This document shows, piece after piece, positions 1 to 13,269 of a DNA stretch of 64,000 nucleotides. Each line of letters starts with the position of its first letter. Position 1 is the stretch's first letter. The DNA is from Eledone cirrhosa. Taxonomy: Eukaryota. The notes beneath the pieces are model-generated. The model ran no database searches and was not told the DNA's origin. It saw only the letters and a list, made by a program, of their open reading frames with translations. The position numbers and the translations under genes were made by a program. The stretch is taken from positions 358,422,001-358,486,000 of the forward strand of contig OZ024743.1 in the NCBI GenBank assembly GCA_964016885.1, given 5' to 3'.

Positions 1-224
1 ATGTGACCTCTGCGCAGAGGAGATATTCTTTATACTAAAATCTAAAAATTCCCTTAACCTACGGACAAATTTATTCAGTTGTTGCAAACATAGATTAAAC
101 TCAACGTTTAAATATAAATTTAAATTTAAAATGTAGTATATTTAGTTTGATTTATGTTTATATGAGAACTAGCCGATAAATCTTTTGATTCCTAAATCTT
201 TGATTCCCTCTTTTTACTCTTTTT

Positions 225-810
225 ATTGTTTATTTTATTTTATTTATTTTTATTTTTATTTTTATTTTTATTTTTATTTTTATTTTTATTTTTATTTTTA
301 TTTTTATTTTTATTTTTATCTAAACATTCCTCATGAAAAATTAAGCTACCCTAAAAGCCGATGCTCCAAATTTTCTGAATTAACCTTACACTTGATAAAC
401 TTATATATTAAATATAGGAACATATGTAGACATTATTGGACATCATAATCTTTTTTGCGATATTCCTTGCTAGATGTGATTTGATAGATAATTTTTGGCT
501 TTGTCTTGTAGTGAACTTGGCAATATATTGTCAATTAACCTTGAAGGGTTGTTCTTTGTGGTTTATTTTTATTTTTATTTTCATTTTTATTTTTATTTTT
601 ATTTTTATTTTTATTTTTATTTTTATTTTTATTTTTATTTTTATTTTTATTTTTATTTTTATTTTTATTTTTTTAGTATTGTAGTATTCTATAATATTTT
701 TATATTTTTATTTTTTATTTTTATTTTTATTTTATTTTTATTTTTAATATTTTTATATGTAAATTTTTTTTTTATATGTAAATTTTTATTTTTAATATTT
801 TTAATATTTT
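225..810. repeat. (ATTTTT)n hexamer tracts
   Basis: Seen directly at ~240-320 and ~563-672. Confidence 0.95.
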
Positions 811-1387
811 TTTATATGTAAAGTTTTAATACGTAATATTTTTAATACGTAGTATTTTTAATATGCAATATTTTTATTATGTAATATTCTTTCATAATAT
901 TCTTTTTTAGTTTTCTATTCTATATTTTTATATTTTTATATATTTTTACTTATTATCATTATTATTGTTATCTCTGCTTATAATATAATATATATTTTCG
1001 ATTAGTATATTGAAATCTGCTCTCTATTTCTGCTTGATAGATAATCTTGTAGAGTAATCGCAAGAATAATAATACGCTCAAATTTTTTATACCACATTGA
1101 GAATGTTTTCCGGTAACTTTGAATTTGCGGAGTGAATCAGTTGGATTCACATAGACATATGAATTTTTTTAAAAAACTAAACATAAGATAATGAATTTTC
1201 ACGCATTGTGAATACTTGTTTCATTCAGGAATACTGATATTTACAATATAGTGTAAGTTTTATAAATACTAATACATTAAAACATAGGGTTTTCTACGCC
1301 TCGAATATGTCTGGCTATTTTTAAATTTTTCTCTCTATATATCTCTCTATATCTCTCTATATATCTCCCTTACATTAATACTTGAGC

Positions 1388-1422
<35 letters not shown>

Positions 1423-1794
1423 ATGCATCATTGATACACTTACTCAAAATGACCTCCCACTACCTAATTTTTCTATTTCTATATCTATATTTATATATGT
1501 ATCTATCTCTATTTCCTCTCTCTCTATATATATATATATATCTCTTTCGGTCTCTTTACATGAAGCTCTTCGCTTTATCTATTTTTCCATCTCTCTATTT
1601 TGTCCCATGCATTTCTTCTTTTTCTTCTTTTTCTTCCTTTTCTTCGTTTTGTCTTTCTTTCTTTCTTATTTCCCTCTTTTCTCTCTCTCTTTCTTTCTCT
1701 CTGTATTTTCACTGCTAGAGTGAACCTCTTCAAATGAAGTTGATGTTTATTACGGTATGTCGAATATATTTATCTATAAAACTGTTTATATTGT

Positions 1795-1858
1795 ATTTTG
1801 TCTGATGAAGGCATAGCATATTGTTAATATGATATCCCCGAAATATATATAATGAAAT
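1795..1858 (+). ncRNA. Minimal type I hammerhead ribozyme motif, family A
   Basis: attttgt-CTGATGA-(stem II with catatt/aatatg)-GAAA-tatata-TA-atgaaat; stem I pairs with G-U wobbles. Confidence 0.65.
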
Positions 1859-1897
1859 AGATATGGTTTTATAAATATAGTTTTCCATTTATTTAAT

Positions 1898-1969
<72 letters not shown>

Positions 1970-2108
1970 TAGAAGGGATATTTAATTTGTTGGAAATACA
2001 ACAAATAAATATAAATGTTTATAACTGATTCAGAGCACTTGACAGATTTCTGGAGTAAATATTCAATGATATTAAATAAATGGAAACTATATTTATAAAA
2101 CCATATTT

Positions 2109-2167
2109 ATTCAATTATATATATTTCAAGGGTACCAAAATTTTGGTACGCTATCATCAGATAAAAT
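2109..2167 (-). ncRNA. Minimal type I hammerhead ribozyme motif, family A (inverted partner)
   Basis: attttat-CTGATGA-tagcgtaccaaaattttggtaccctt-GAAA-tatata-TA-attgaat. Confidence 0.65.
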
Positions 2168-2249
2168 ACAAAATGTTTTATAAATATTTGACATGACCAA
2201 GGATAATATACCCTAACGAAAGTCTTTCCAGGGATAACCTGAACCGTGT

Positions 2250-2995
2250 GTGTGTGCGTGTGTATTTGTGTATGCGTATGTATATGTATGTGTATGTTCG
2301 TCGGTGCATACGTATGTACTGGCCTAAATCTTCACTATTTACTTTTACTATTTTAAGGCAAAGTTAAAATCCCGTCGAGGTTAACTTTGCCTTTCATCAT
2401 TACGAGATCGATAAAATAAAGTACCAGTAATGTACTGTGTAATTGCTGGCCTTGTGCCAAAAGTAGAAACAACTATTTTAATAACCTCTGTCATTTTCGT
2501 TTACAATTTTATTTACATCATTCATAAACTCCGGGGCTGGAAATCATTCGGTTATTTTAAATAGAATATTAGTCTAGCGACTCCATTTACACCATAAACT
2601 TGGTCTCGTCTTTGCATGCAATTGTTCTTCTCGGTCCACATAACGACGTATTATCCGTTCATTACCACGGAACGTCTTCACGAACCAAAATATCGTCTTA
2701 CTGTTTTCCTTCGGTTGCAACGTTTCTCGAAATATTTAATTCTGCGTTCACAGATTAAATTTTTTAGTTTAAGAAGATCCCGTTAATGTTGAAAGCAGCG
2801 ATTCTTTGCTTAAACTTTCTTTCTTTCTCAACCCTCTCCCTTTTTTCTCATACCCTCTCTCCCTTTCTCTCTCTCTCTCTCTCTCTTCCTCACTCATACC
2901 CCCTCTCTCTCTTCCTCTACAGAATGGAGAACAATAAAGAACGCGCAGATGTCTCTCTCTCTCTCTCTCTCTCTCTGTCTGTCTTTATATATATA

Positions 2996-3051
<56 letters not shown>

Positions 3052-3884
3052 CCAGCGTTCGTCGTCATTCTCTCTCTCTCTGTCTCTCTATCTGATTATC
3101 TTGTACCTCTCTCTGTATAACGACCTATCTCACTCTCTCTCTCTCTACATCTCCCTTTCTCTCTTTAGATGTATATGTATATGTGTGTGTGATAGATATA
3201 TATAGAGAGAGAGTTGCAACATGTATGTAGTTTCATAGATTTTTGAGGGTAGTGAGAATGAAAATATAAACAGAGCATATAAATAAATTTACAGTAGAAT
3301 AACAAAACAAATATATTTTAAATATATACATAAATAACATTACAAATACCTCGGTAACGGACGATACAATGAAAGATATATTCCTTCAATGCTAAGAAAA
3401 TGTAAAGGAAGAGATGAACAACGGAGCCAACACCAGAGCAAAAGACAGCAACGTCGCGAGTACTGGGCAACCTCTCTAATTTTGAGGCAAGCCAGCACAC
3501 TCGCAGCGTTGCCTCGGGTGATGGCGAGGCTGATGCGCTGAAATATTGTTTTAAAAGATTTTTTTAATGGAAATGAAGCAAAATGGAATCTTAATGTTGA
3601 AACTTCGAACTCATGTATTTTGCTGGCCCGAAAACTGTTCGCGTATTTTTGTACGCGTAGTTTGTTCGTAACGTAAATAGATAGACAAATGACGCCAAAA
3701 AAGGGAAATAACTCGTCTCTCATCTCTATTTATACATTTGAACTGAAAAATCAATACATTACAAATTCGATTTTTGCACTTGGCGTGGGTCGATTTGAAA
3801 AATGTTTTGACCGATGTCTCCGCCGTACCGTCATCTATAAATGTAACAATTTCACCGAAATTTGAACGTACGGTTTAAGAGGAG
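2250..3884 (+). repeat. ~1.64-kb direct repeat, copy 1 (composite: SINE piece, microsatellites, CRE-like RLE fragment, Helentron/DINE-like end)
   Basis: Colinear and highly similar to 53703-55336. Confidence 0.93.
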
Positions 3885-4130
3885 ATGTGTGCCGACCGGT
3901 TTAGTAGACAGACAGACAACCTCAGTTTTATATATATAGACTAGCAGAAAACCACTCGGGGGGGGGGGCGGTTTTCTGCTAGTCTATATATCTAAAACAG
4001 AGAATGTCTGTCTGTCTGTCAGCTCACTAAAACTTGAGAACCATCCAACCGATTGTTTTCAAACTTTAGACATGTAATTCTGTGAGTGTTTTGAGCAAAA
4101 ATTATTTCAAATTTTCAATGCCCTAGGGAC
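3760..4130. mobile_element. Helentron/DINE-1-like non-autonomous element ends, tail-to-tail around a 14-bp stem-loop
   Basis: (CAGA)n then ttttatatatataga, hairpin actagcagaaaacc..ggttttctgctagt (3940-3983), then mirror-image ctatatatc...(TGTC)n. Confidence 0.5.
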
Positions 4131-7100
4131 CGCATTAGGCGATTTAGCGTTCTCTCTATATAATTCTTAGTCTTTCTTTTTAGATAGATACATAGATATA
4201 ATGTTGCGCCCTTATAATATCTGTCTGTATGTCTGGCTGTCTGCATTACGTCATTATGACGCGCTCAGTGTGTGTGTGTGTGTATATATATATATGTATC
4301 GTAATGCAGACAGCAAGACATAGCTTTCCTTCCCCTCTTCCAGCGTCTCTCTCTCTCCCTCCCGCTATCCCCCTCTTGTAGTCTGTCTCTTTCTTTCACT
4401 CTCACTCTCTCTCTACGCGTCGGACAGACAGACAGAGAAATTGCTGGTTATATATTATAAGGAGATTATAAGGTTTTAGACTTTTTACCTTTTGAAGTTT
4501 CACCTAATCTTTAGTGATGGAAAATCTTTCAATACTTTAATCCTTTCATTACCATATTTTTAATTATTTTGAAAATAATTAAGAATTTAGGGAGTCTAGT
4601 ACTTTCTCATTATCAAGCTGGTGTTTGAAATGTAACTTAACAAAGGTTGTTACATAAAATTATGATGGAAGGTTTTTTAGATAAATATAAAGCCATGCTA
4701 GAACTGGTTACTTCTGGCTTGTGCAAGGTGTCTCTATAGCAACCAGCGATTCCCTCGGTCTCAGTGACCAAAGTCAGTGGAGAGGGGAAGGTAATGTTTC
4801 TATAAAGGAAGGGGAAGGTAATATTTCTGTAGCACGTGTTTTAGCGTCTATTCACTCTCTCTCTCTCCCTCCCGCTATCCCCCTCTCGTAGTCTGTCTCT
4901 TTCTTTCACTCTCACTCTCTCTCTACGCACGTGTTTCCACTGTCGGACAGACAGACAGAGAAATTGCTGGTTATATATATAAGTCGATAATTGTTTCTAC
5001 TTTAGGCACAATGTCAGGAATTTGAAGGGGATGGGAAAGTCGATTAAATCGACCCAAGTGTATTACTGGTACTTTATTTTATCGACCCCGTAAGTATGAA
5101 AGGCAAAATTTTAACTCAGAGCGTAAAGGGCCATAACTCTATGCCGCAAAGCATATCCGGCGCTCTACCGATACTGCTAATCCACCGCCATTGTACCGGA
5201 CCAAATAATGTAGAGTAAAACCAAAGATATTGCAAAGTTAATGTTAAATGGTATTAGCTCAACATCAATAAAGAGTTATTGTCTTACGATGGAAGAAATT
5301 TGGCTCCACGTATAAAAGAAGCTTCAAGAATTTATTTTTAAAAGGATGTATAAATAAGTTACAAAAAAAGCTTTCGATATTCTATATTATATAGATATTA
5401 AGTTGAAATAAAAGTAAATTATCCGTGGGACTACTTGAAAATTTATATTGCTATTAAAATAGAAGTTGCATCTCCTATAAATTAAAAATCTAAAAAACAA
5501 ACCATTTAAAATTAAGTGGGCCTGGTCGAAGTAAGATAAGTATTATGGAAAATATATGATTATTAAATCATACGAAAAATAAGACAAAAAGAATAAGCAT
5601 AAAATAAGAAATTAAATAAATGCCAAAAGGCGTAAATAAGCTTAACATTTAAAAAATAATCTAATTAAATAAATTAAAGAAGCTAAAATGAAATTTATGT
5701 TATATATCTTAATTAATAAATATGAAATGTAAAATAAAAACTCAGATAAAGGAATAATAAGACACTAGAAGAAAGTTATGTTAGAAAATAATGGTTGTTG
5801 TCTAACTACAAAATTAACCTTTTAGCATTTAATTAAACTGGCCGTATCCGGCCAGAATTCTCTCACCTCTTTCTGTTCAAACCAGCTGTAACTAGCCACT
5901 CATATTGATGTTAAGGTATTGTTCTCAAAATAAATATCAAAATCTCACAGATTCGATATTAAGTGAGATAATCATGTGAGGTAAAGCCTTTGCCGCGAAA
6001 ATACAATAGTATATATAGAGTAATGTAAATATCAAAAACTTAAGGTTATTAAGGTTATTGAAAGAAATATGTCAACTATATCTATATACTTGAAACATCA
6101 CCATTTTTCAACAAATTTTCATAAAATTTGGGACATAGATTCAGATTTACCTCAAAAGGATCAATGAAAAATAAAAACTTAATTTCAAGCCATCCCTGAG
6201 ATAGACAGGGAGGATTTGAGACAGGAAATGGAGAATGTCTAAACATTCTCATGGAATGCGAGGAGAACAGTTGGGAATGACTGTTCTAATATAGAACATT
6301 TCATTTTCTGAAATGACAAAATAGAATATTTTGAGTTCTAAATTAGAACATTGTCTTCTTTCTACTTTCATCTTCCCCGCTTCAACTTCTCTCTCTCTAT
6401 CTATCTATCTATCTCTCATAAAGAAATATATCTATCTCTCATACATATACATGCGCGCGCACAGACAGGTGCACGTATTTTTCTTCATTCATCAACATCA
6501 TCTTATTCATTATCATCATCACCGTTTAACGTCCATTTTTCTACGCTAGCATGAGTTAGATGGGTTGTCCCGTTTGAGGTAAGTTAGGTCTGGTGACCCT
6601 GTCTTGCTCACGCAGAACTGCTTTGGGCTTGGTTTCTACGACTGGATGACCTTCCTAACGCCAACCACATTTACAGTGTGTGCTGGGTGCTTTTTGTCGT
6701 GACGCCTAGACGACCACTTTACAGCGTGGGCTAGGCACTTTTGTGGTGTCGCCATTACTACCACTTTACAGTGTGGACTGGAGACTATATACGTATAATC
6801 TATTTGCGTCAGCCTTTGTGTGGGGATGGGGTAGTGTAGATGTGTGTATGAATTCATATATACGCACTAGGTGTTTTTAAGTGGATCTAAGTTCTTGAAT
6901 GTGTGAGTGTAGATATCTGTATATATTCAAATATAAGCATAATGTGTTTGTGCCTGTATGTGTGTGTAGATGTACAGATAAATTGTGATTGTACTTTTGA
7001 TCCTGTCCCTTTTTGAACAGTACATAAGTGTGAGAAATTTTATAAATGTGGCATCTAAAAGTTTGTTAACTGTTGAAATAGGGTTATCGAAAGGAATGGA

Positions 7101-7999
7101 GAATATATTGATGATTAAATACAACTATAAATACCACTATTTTAATTTACAAAGTGTTGAGTAAAGTGGAGAAGGTCTATACGTTGCCACTTGTTAAAGT
7201 TTGCTCACTTCTTGACCCTCTTTGGGGTTTGGGGATATGCAACCGTTGTGCTTCTATCCCACGCCTCCCAGGACAGGTCACAAGCCCATCGCCAGTTTTG
7301 ACGGCATTGGATGGAGACCGCAATATATTCTTCGAACAGGCCCCTCTACCTAAGGCATGAACGCGTCTCTCGTTGCCCCGCGCAAAGGACGATGAGATAT
7401 GATTGCTATTATTGCATCTGACTATACTACAATTTTTGGTGGTTTTAATCGCGCCAGACATCAATTTGGTGATTTAGTCAGACCCGTGAAGACTAGGCTT
7501 TTATATAGGCGGCCTTTACTCGCCTCGTCGTAACTGCATCACCAGGTTCACCCAAAGGTAGTTGGATAACATCCATGAGATCAGTTGGTCTCGCTAGTCG
7601 GATTAATTGGAGGCGGTTGCTTCTGATAGGAGCGCTGGAATGCATGTCTGAGGGTTCTGCCTTCACGACCCTCCCAGGAATAAGTGGGCAAAGAAGAAGA
7701 AGAGGAGGAGGAGGAGTCTGTATGTAGTGAATTTACCGTGAGAACTGTCATATACCGTACATTACTTTTGTAAGTACCTATTCAGAACCAGAGTTCGAAA
7801 CTAATGGTAGAGTTGGCCGAGATGATTCATGGAGTCTAATCCGTAGCTGAGTATTTCTCACAGTAAACTGAGGCAGTGTATTTCCCAGAAACAATAAAAG
7901 GCCAGAAGTCAATTTGAACCGATAGTCCAGTATCTTATCAACTTATTCATCTCACCTCCATGCCACCAACATAGGACCAATGCAATCATCTACAAAATT

Positions 8000-8950
8000 G
8001 GTTTTGTTTTTTAGAAAACAAATCACTACTTCAACTACTCACTGCAATCTTCTGAATATAAATCTATTTCACTGGTCTTACAATATTTGCTGGTGTATAC
8101 GCTTTTTTCTAAATATTTCCGCCCCATCACTCCAATAGTTTTTCTTCTCTTTATCGATAACCTCCTGTCAATCACCAATAACCCCATAAGCAGCTGTACA
8201 GATGGCACTAACTTCCATTATTGCACATCTTTTAAATCTGACTTACTACACACCCAGTCTGACATTTTTACTTTCTTCCATCAACATGGAATTTCACCGT
8301 CTCATTCGGCGAAGATTTGACAATTTGGTTATGTTTAATGACAACAGAACGCAAACGTTTCTTATTTTAAAGACCCACGTCACATACTCAATTATCAGTA
8401 CCACTTTCAAATATAAAGAACTTACTGTTTACCATTTCCAGTGGCTTTTCGTAGAATCTTCCTTTTCTCAATATTGCCGAATTTGGATCAATATTTTATC
8501 TTTAACAAATAGTTTAACACTAAATTATAGTTAACTCCTTACAAATTCCGAATGCATTTTATTATGAAATACTGAGGGCGGGGGATTGGCAGTATCAGTA
8601 GAAGGTCGGACGCCATGCTTTGTAGCATAGAGTTACGCCCCTTTATGGTGTGAGTTCAAATCCTGCCGAGGTTCACTTTGCCTTTCATCCTTACAGGGTC
8701 GATAAAAAAACGAACCAGTAATGTACTGAGGTAATTGCTGGCCTTGTGTCAATAGTAGAAACAATTATGAAATACTGTTTTTAGTATCGAAAGCAGCTTG
8801 CCTGCTTCTCTCATTGGCATTGTACGGACCCCATGTAAGTTCGGTTGAATAAACCTTTTCTAACTAGAAAATCATCATACTGAAGATCCGTTTCTCCCTC
8901 ACATGTTTGCTGTTTCTTAGAACCTACACACTATACTTCATATCTAGAAG
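8000..8950 (+). pseudogene. Old Jockey/CR1-group LINE RT relic, interrupted by a SINE
   Basis: ITPIVFLLFIDNLLSITNNPISSCTDGT resembles LSPxLFLLFINDL...YADD. Confidence 0.5.
8575..8763 (+). mobile_element. tRNA-derived SINE family 1 with 14-bp TSD (attatgaaatactg)
   Basis: A/B-box-like head (gagttcaaatcc), body ctttgcctttcatccttac.gggtcgataaaa, tail gtagaaacaatt. Other copies ~4988-5189(-), 39073-39258(-), 43040-43197(-), 44668-44778(-), 56211-56402(-), 59800-59985(-). Confidence 0.9.
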
Positions 8951-9764
8951 AAAAAAAAAGGGAAAAGAACCGATCGTCAGATTCCACCAAATGCACTACC
9001 TATGGATTGATACTCTATCTATCGACCACGAAAGGATGAAAGGCAAAGTTGACCTCCATGGATTTTGAACTCAGAACATAGAGAGCCGGAACAAATACCG
9101 AAATATTTATCTGATGCTCTAACAACTCTGCCAATTCATTGCTTTGATATTTAGCAAAACCTAACTGTTACTACAGCACCTCTACTTCTGTAAAACTCCG
9201 AACCAACAATTACATTAACCTATTATCAAAGAATTCCAGCCTCTCAACCATTTAGCCATTGCATGCACGCTTTTTTTTTTTATCTTACAATGAATTGTAA
9301 CTAACAACAATAACACAAACAAAAGAAAAAATAACGAAATATACCAAAAATAACACTAGCAATAACAACAAAAATATATTTATTCCATTTCGTTTATAAA
9401 ATATTTAGCAATCAAATTCTGTTGTATTTGTCGGCCATTTGTCTTCCGTGTGGCATTGATTAAGTGGACAGATCGAACAGTCGGTCAATCGATCAGGCCA
9501 GTCAACCAATCAATCAATGAACAGTTCAAATTAATACATTAATGAAAATCTCCAAAGAGCCAGTCAATCAGACATTGGTTATATCGATCTTCTTCGTATC
9601 GGGTTGAATTGAAGAAAGATGAGTAAAACCGACAGACGATTCTCTCTCTCTCTCTCTCTCATTCGTTCCTCTTTATAATGTTCTTTCTGATTCTCTTTCA
9701 TTAATACACACGTACATACATACACGAATGCATACATATATACATACATGCATGCATACATACA

Positions 9765-9797
<33 letters not shown>

Positions 9798-10130
9798 GTT
9801 CGTTCATAGTACACGCTTTCAAAAACAGTTTCTACCTATAGTAATATAGACACCCGCCTTAACCACACATAACTCCCCTTTTTAATGTTCCTCTCGTTCT
9901 ATCACTCTCTCTCTCTCTCTCAGTCCCAGTCTCTCTCTCCCTCTCCCTCTTTAATATCTGTCTGTAATACAATCATTCACACAAACGTTCTGTTGGTTTG
10001 TTGGTTTATTTTACCTGCTTACAGTCTGTGTATGTCCTACTCTCTTCAGTTTCTATCTTACTATCTCTCGTCCCCCAACTCCCACCCCTGAAAAAAAACA
10101 GACATACGCTCTCTAATACAACTAATGACT

Positions 10131-10171
<41 letters not shown>

Positions 10172-10202
10172 ATGCACTGACGGAAATCAGAGGGTTAAGT
10201 AC

Positions 10203-10299
10203 TCATTTCTTCGGCTTCGGTAATATATCCATGTATTTACAAATGATTGACAGCATCACTTCATCAGCTCCAGCTCCGATAGAAAGTAAGCGGAAGTCT
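10203..10299 (-). CDS. Acyl-CoA dehydrogenase terminal exon 9
   Basis: Pyrimidine tract + cag|(R)DFRLLSIGAGADEVMLSIICKYMDILPKPKK-TGA; phase 2 matches exon 8; total CDS 1278 nt = 425 aa + stop. Confidence 0.93.
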
Positions 10300-11329
10300 C
10301 TGGCAGAAAAAGAAAGACACATATGAAGTTATGTTTTAGATGTTGGCTTATAAAGAGTATTAGTACATGAACAGTTAAAGAGAGTTCTAACTGAAGAGTT
10401 TTAAGGAGCATTTAGTCTACACACACGTTCTTGGTGTAGAATTACTTCTAAGCACAACCACAAGGATATGGTCTGAACGTGGAAGAGCCAAACTCCCACA
10501 CTGTCATCGCCTCCATCTCTCTGTATGGTGAGCAAATGGGGTCCCACGCGCTGGCCTCTCCACAGCATCGGCGGACAGAATACATACTCTCTGGTCCCAA
10601 ATAATAAGGGGGAACAAGAGGGGGTAAACATTTGCTTAAATTCTTATAAGTGGGTGAGGAATAAACAGAGTGAGTGGAAAATCGGTAATTGTATAGTGCA
10701 CGTTCGTAAATATGGCATTTCTTGTAATGTTCTTTTTTTGGTCAATGTTTTTTAATGTAAAATAAAACTATTATTATTCTCCAACTGCTGTATCAATATG
10801 AATCACTTACAATAAAATTTCGCTGGACAGATTTTACGGGCAAAACCAAATGGCAGGAGTTAACATCCATGTGCTTGGCTGGTCTCGTTTGGAGATCCAG
10901 CCAGATCAGTTGAAAATGGTTGCTTCTGACAGAACCCGCTGGAAGGAGGGTTTGAAGACACTTCCCCCACAACCCTCTCAGGAATAAGTGTGTATAGAAG
11001 AAGAACTATATATACACTCTAGAAGGATACTTGGTGTTACTTGAACCAATTTGTTGAATGAGAATCATGGTTATTCTTCATTAGTTTATTACTTCAAACA
11101 CATTGTTTATATTTCTGTCAAGAGTTCACTATAAAACACACTGCAGCATATTCAGGTAAATTCCAAACTATCTCCTTTTATGTCACTGACATTTCTGTTA
11201 AAAATTATAAATTATATTTTCAGTTTCACATTTATTGCATGACAGCTTTACAATTATGTTCTCCCCACACCCTCTGGTCAAAGATCTCCCAACAAATAAA
11301 GTTTCAAAGTTGATGCTAGGTGTGAGAGT

Positions 11330-11645
11330 TGTGAAAAGCTTACACACAACAGCAATAAAACTCCAATGAATGACCATGGGTTTTGCACCTCTGAGGCACA
11401 AGCCCAGGTAAGGAATTTTTTTTGTGGAAGACCAGAAGTCACCCATGCATGCCAATTTCCCCTCTCCATGCCACCGATGTTGTCTAAGGCAAAGACCAAT
11501 GCAGCTTGGCACTAATGATGTCATAACTCATTTCTCCAGCTGAGTAAACTGGAGCAACGTGAAATAAATTGTCTTGCTCAAGGTCCAGGAATCAAACTCT
11601 CACCCTCACGATTGTGAACTCAACACTTTAACCACTAAGCCACAC
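11330..11645 (-). mobile_element. CORE-type SINE with the same head and core but a different 3' tail
   Basis: Shares head and ccttgagcaagaca..ttatttcac.ttgctccagtttactcagctg, then diverges. Confidence 0.7.
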
Positions 11646-12679
11646 ACACACTCACACACAGCTAAATTTTAATTGAGTGAGTATGTAAGCAATTTTACTT
11701 TCCAGCTTATTTAGAATATTAATCTTTATAAGTCCATGTTTGCATCAACCTTTGTAAATCCTCATGACCTTATCATGTGAAATGCTGGATTTGTTGTTAG
11801 CACTGTTTGAAGTTAATGGAAGAGAAACATGTGATTGATTTACTTGTATCTCTTTCTTTTCTATTAGTGTTCTGTATTATAAATTCCTCACTGTTAAAGC
11901 CTGTTTAGTTACATAACCTATATATGCTACTAGAATTTTTGTTTTCATCTAATTCCATAATATATTTGTTTTCTATTCGCCCATTTCTCTCTCCTTCGCT
12001 CTATCTATCTATCCCTACCAGCAACCTTGTAGCTGCCATCACTATCTCTCTTCTATTACTCATTGCCATCAATGTTTCCTTTCTATTACTCCTCCTCTAC
12101 GACCCTCTCACTTCAATCACCCTGCTTCTTCCTCCATACATTCACCATCTCACCCTAGTCCTTCTGTCAATGCTCACGCTTCTATTCACTTTCTTCAACG
12201 CATTGGCATTAAAGAAACACAGACAATGTAGACCAGTGACAATTCTTTAGTCTTCTGGGATACAAAACAACCTTACGAGTAGGGCTGTCACAATAATATG
12301 CAACTAGTACACTGATGAATTGTTAAAATGGCACATATGACAGGACATGGTCACCTGACCTGTCTAGGAGGGTAGAAATCCCAAATAAGAACATGTCCGT
12401 ACCAGTGCAATTATCTCTCTTGCATGCTACATTCCTCTTCAATTCCTCTTATACTCAACTTTTCTCTCAATTTACTTGTGCTCTTTTATTCAAACACATT
12501 AACCCTTGCTAGCAGCGAAAGCGGACATTAAAATGATGATGATAATGTATATGCATGTATATATGCATGTATATATGCATAAGTGATATCAACATGAATG
12601 GACCTGTTATTTTTATCTAAAGACATTTTTTCCAATTCCAACCCGCCCGTCCCTTCAATCTATCTTATTTCTCATTCTT

Positions 12680-12715
12680 TCTTCTGATGAAGGACTTGCA
12701 TCCGAAACGTTAAGA
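12680..12715 (+). ncRNA. Minimal type I hammerhead ribozyme motif, family B, in a Penelope-like terminal repeat relic (~12590-12800)
   Basis: tctt-CTGATGA-a-gga cttgca tcc-GAAA-cg-TT-aaga; palindromic AACGTT stem III typical of PLE hammerheads. Confidence 0.7.
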
Positions 12716-12799
12716 CCCTCTTCCTGCTATTTAAAGCGTTAACCTAATATATTCCTTCCATATACTGTACCGATTGTGTTGTTATTTCTGTTTACCTAT

Positions 12800-12839
<40 letters not shown>

Positions 12840-12843
<4 letters not shown>

Positions 12844-13229
12844 CACATGGCTTAGTGGTTAGAGCATTGGCCTTGCAATCGAAAGGTTGTGAGTTCAATT
12901 CTCAGACCGGGTGATGTGTTGTTACCTTGAGCAAGACACTTTATTTCACATTGCTTTAATTTACTCAGCTGTAGAAATGAGATGATAGGGACTGGGGTCC
13001 CTATCATTCCACTGCAAAGTGGTCGTGGAGGTGCCACGGCAAAAAAGCACCCAGCCCACACTGTAAAGTGGTCGTGGAGGTGCCACGGCAAAAAAGCACC
13101 CAGCACTCACTGTAAATGAGGTTGGTGTTAGGAAGGGCATCCAGCTGTAGAAATCAAGCCAGAATCAGTTCCCGTCCCACCCTTGCAAGCAGGGAAAAGC
13201 GGACGTAAAATGAAATGATGATGATGATA
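12840..13229 (+). mobile_element. CORE-type tRNA SINE (family 2) with RTE-derived 3' tail
   Basis: Head tggcttagtggttagagc..gagttcaattc; CORE-like ccttgagcaagacactt; RTE 3' end and (GAT)n. Confidence 0.85.
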
Positions 13230-13269
13230 TGTTCACATTCGCAACAACACAGCATGCCATTTTTTCATT

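Noticed and set aside
185-821. FY/FI-repeat ORFs resembling membrane proteins
   Set aside because: Translations of (ATTTTT)n.
7154-7464. Short GC-richer ORFs on both strands
   Set aside because: No recognisable motif; adjacent to an RTE 3' end and probably TE-derived.
8880-8900. CTGAAGA as a hammerhead core (also ~43278)
   Set aside because: No stem II, GAAA or stem I in register.
12840-12912. tRNA gene candidates (also SINE heads at 8575, 36547, 43750)
   Set aside because: A/B boxes are present but the cloverleaf is incomplete, and each runs into a SINE body or tail.
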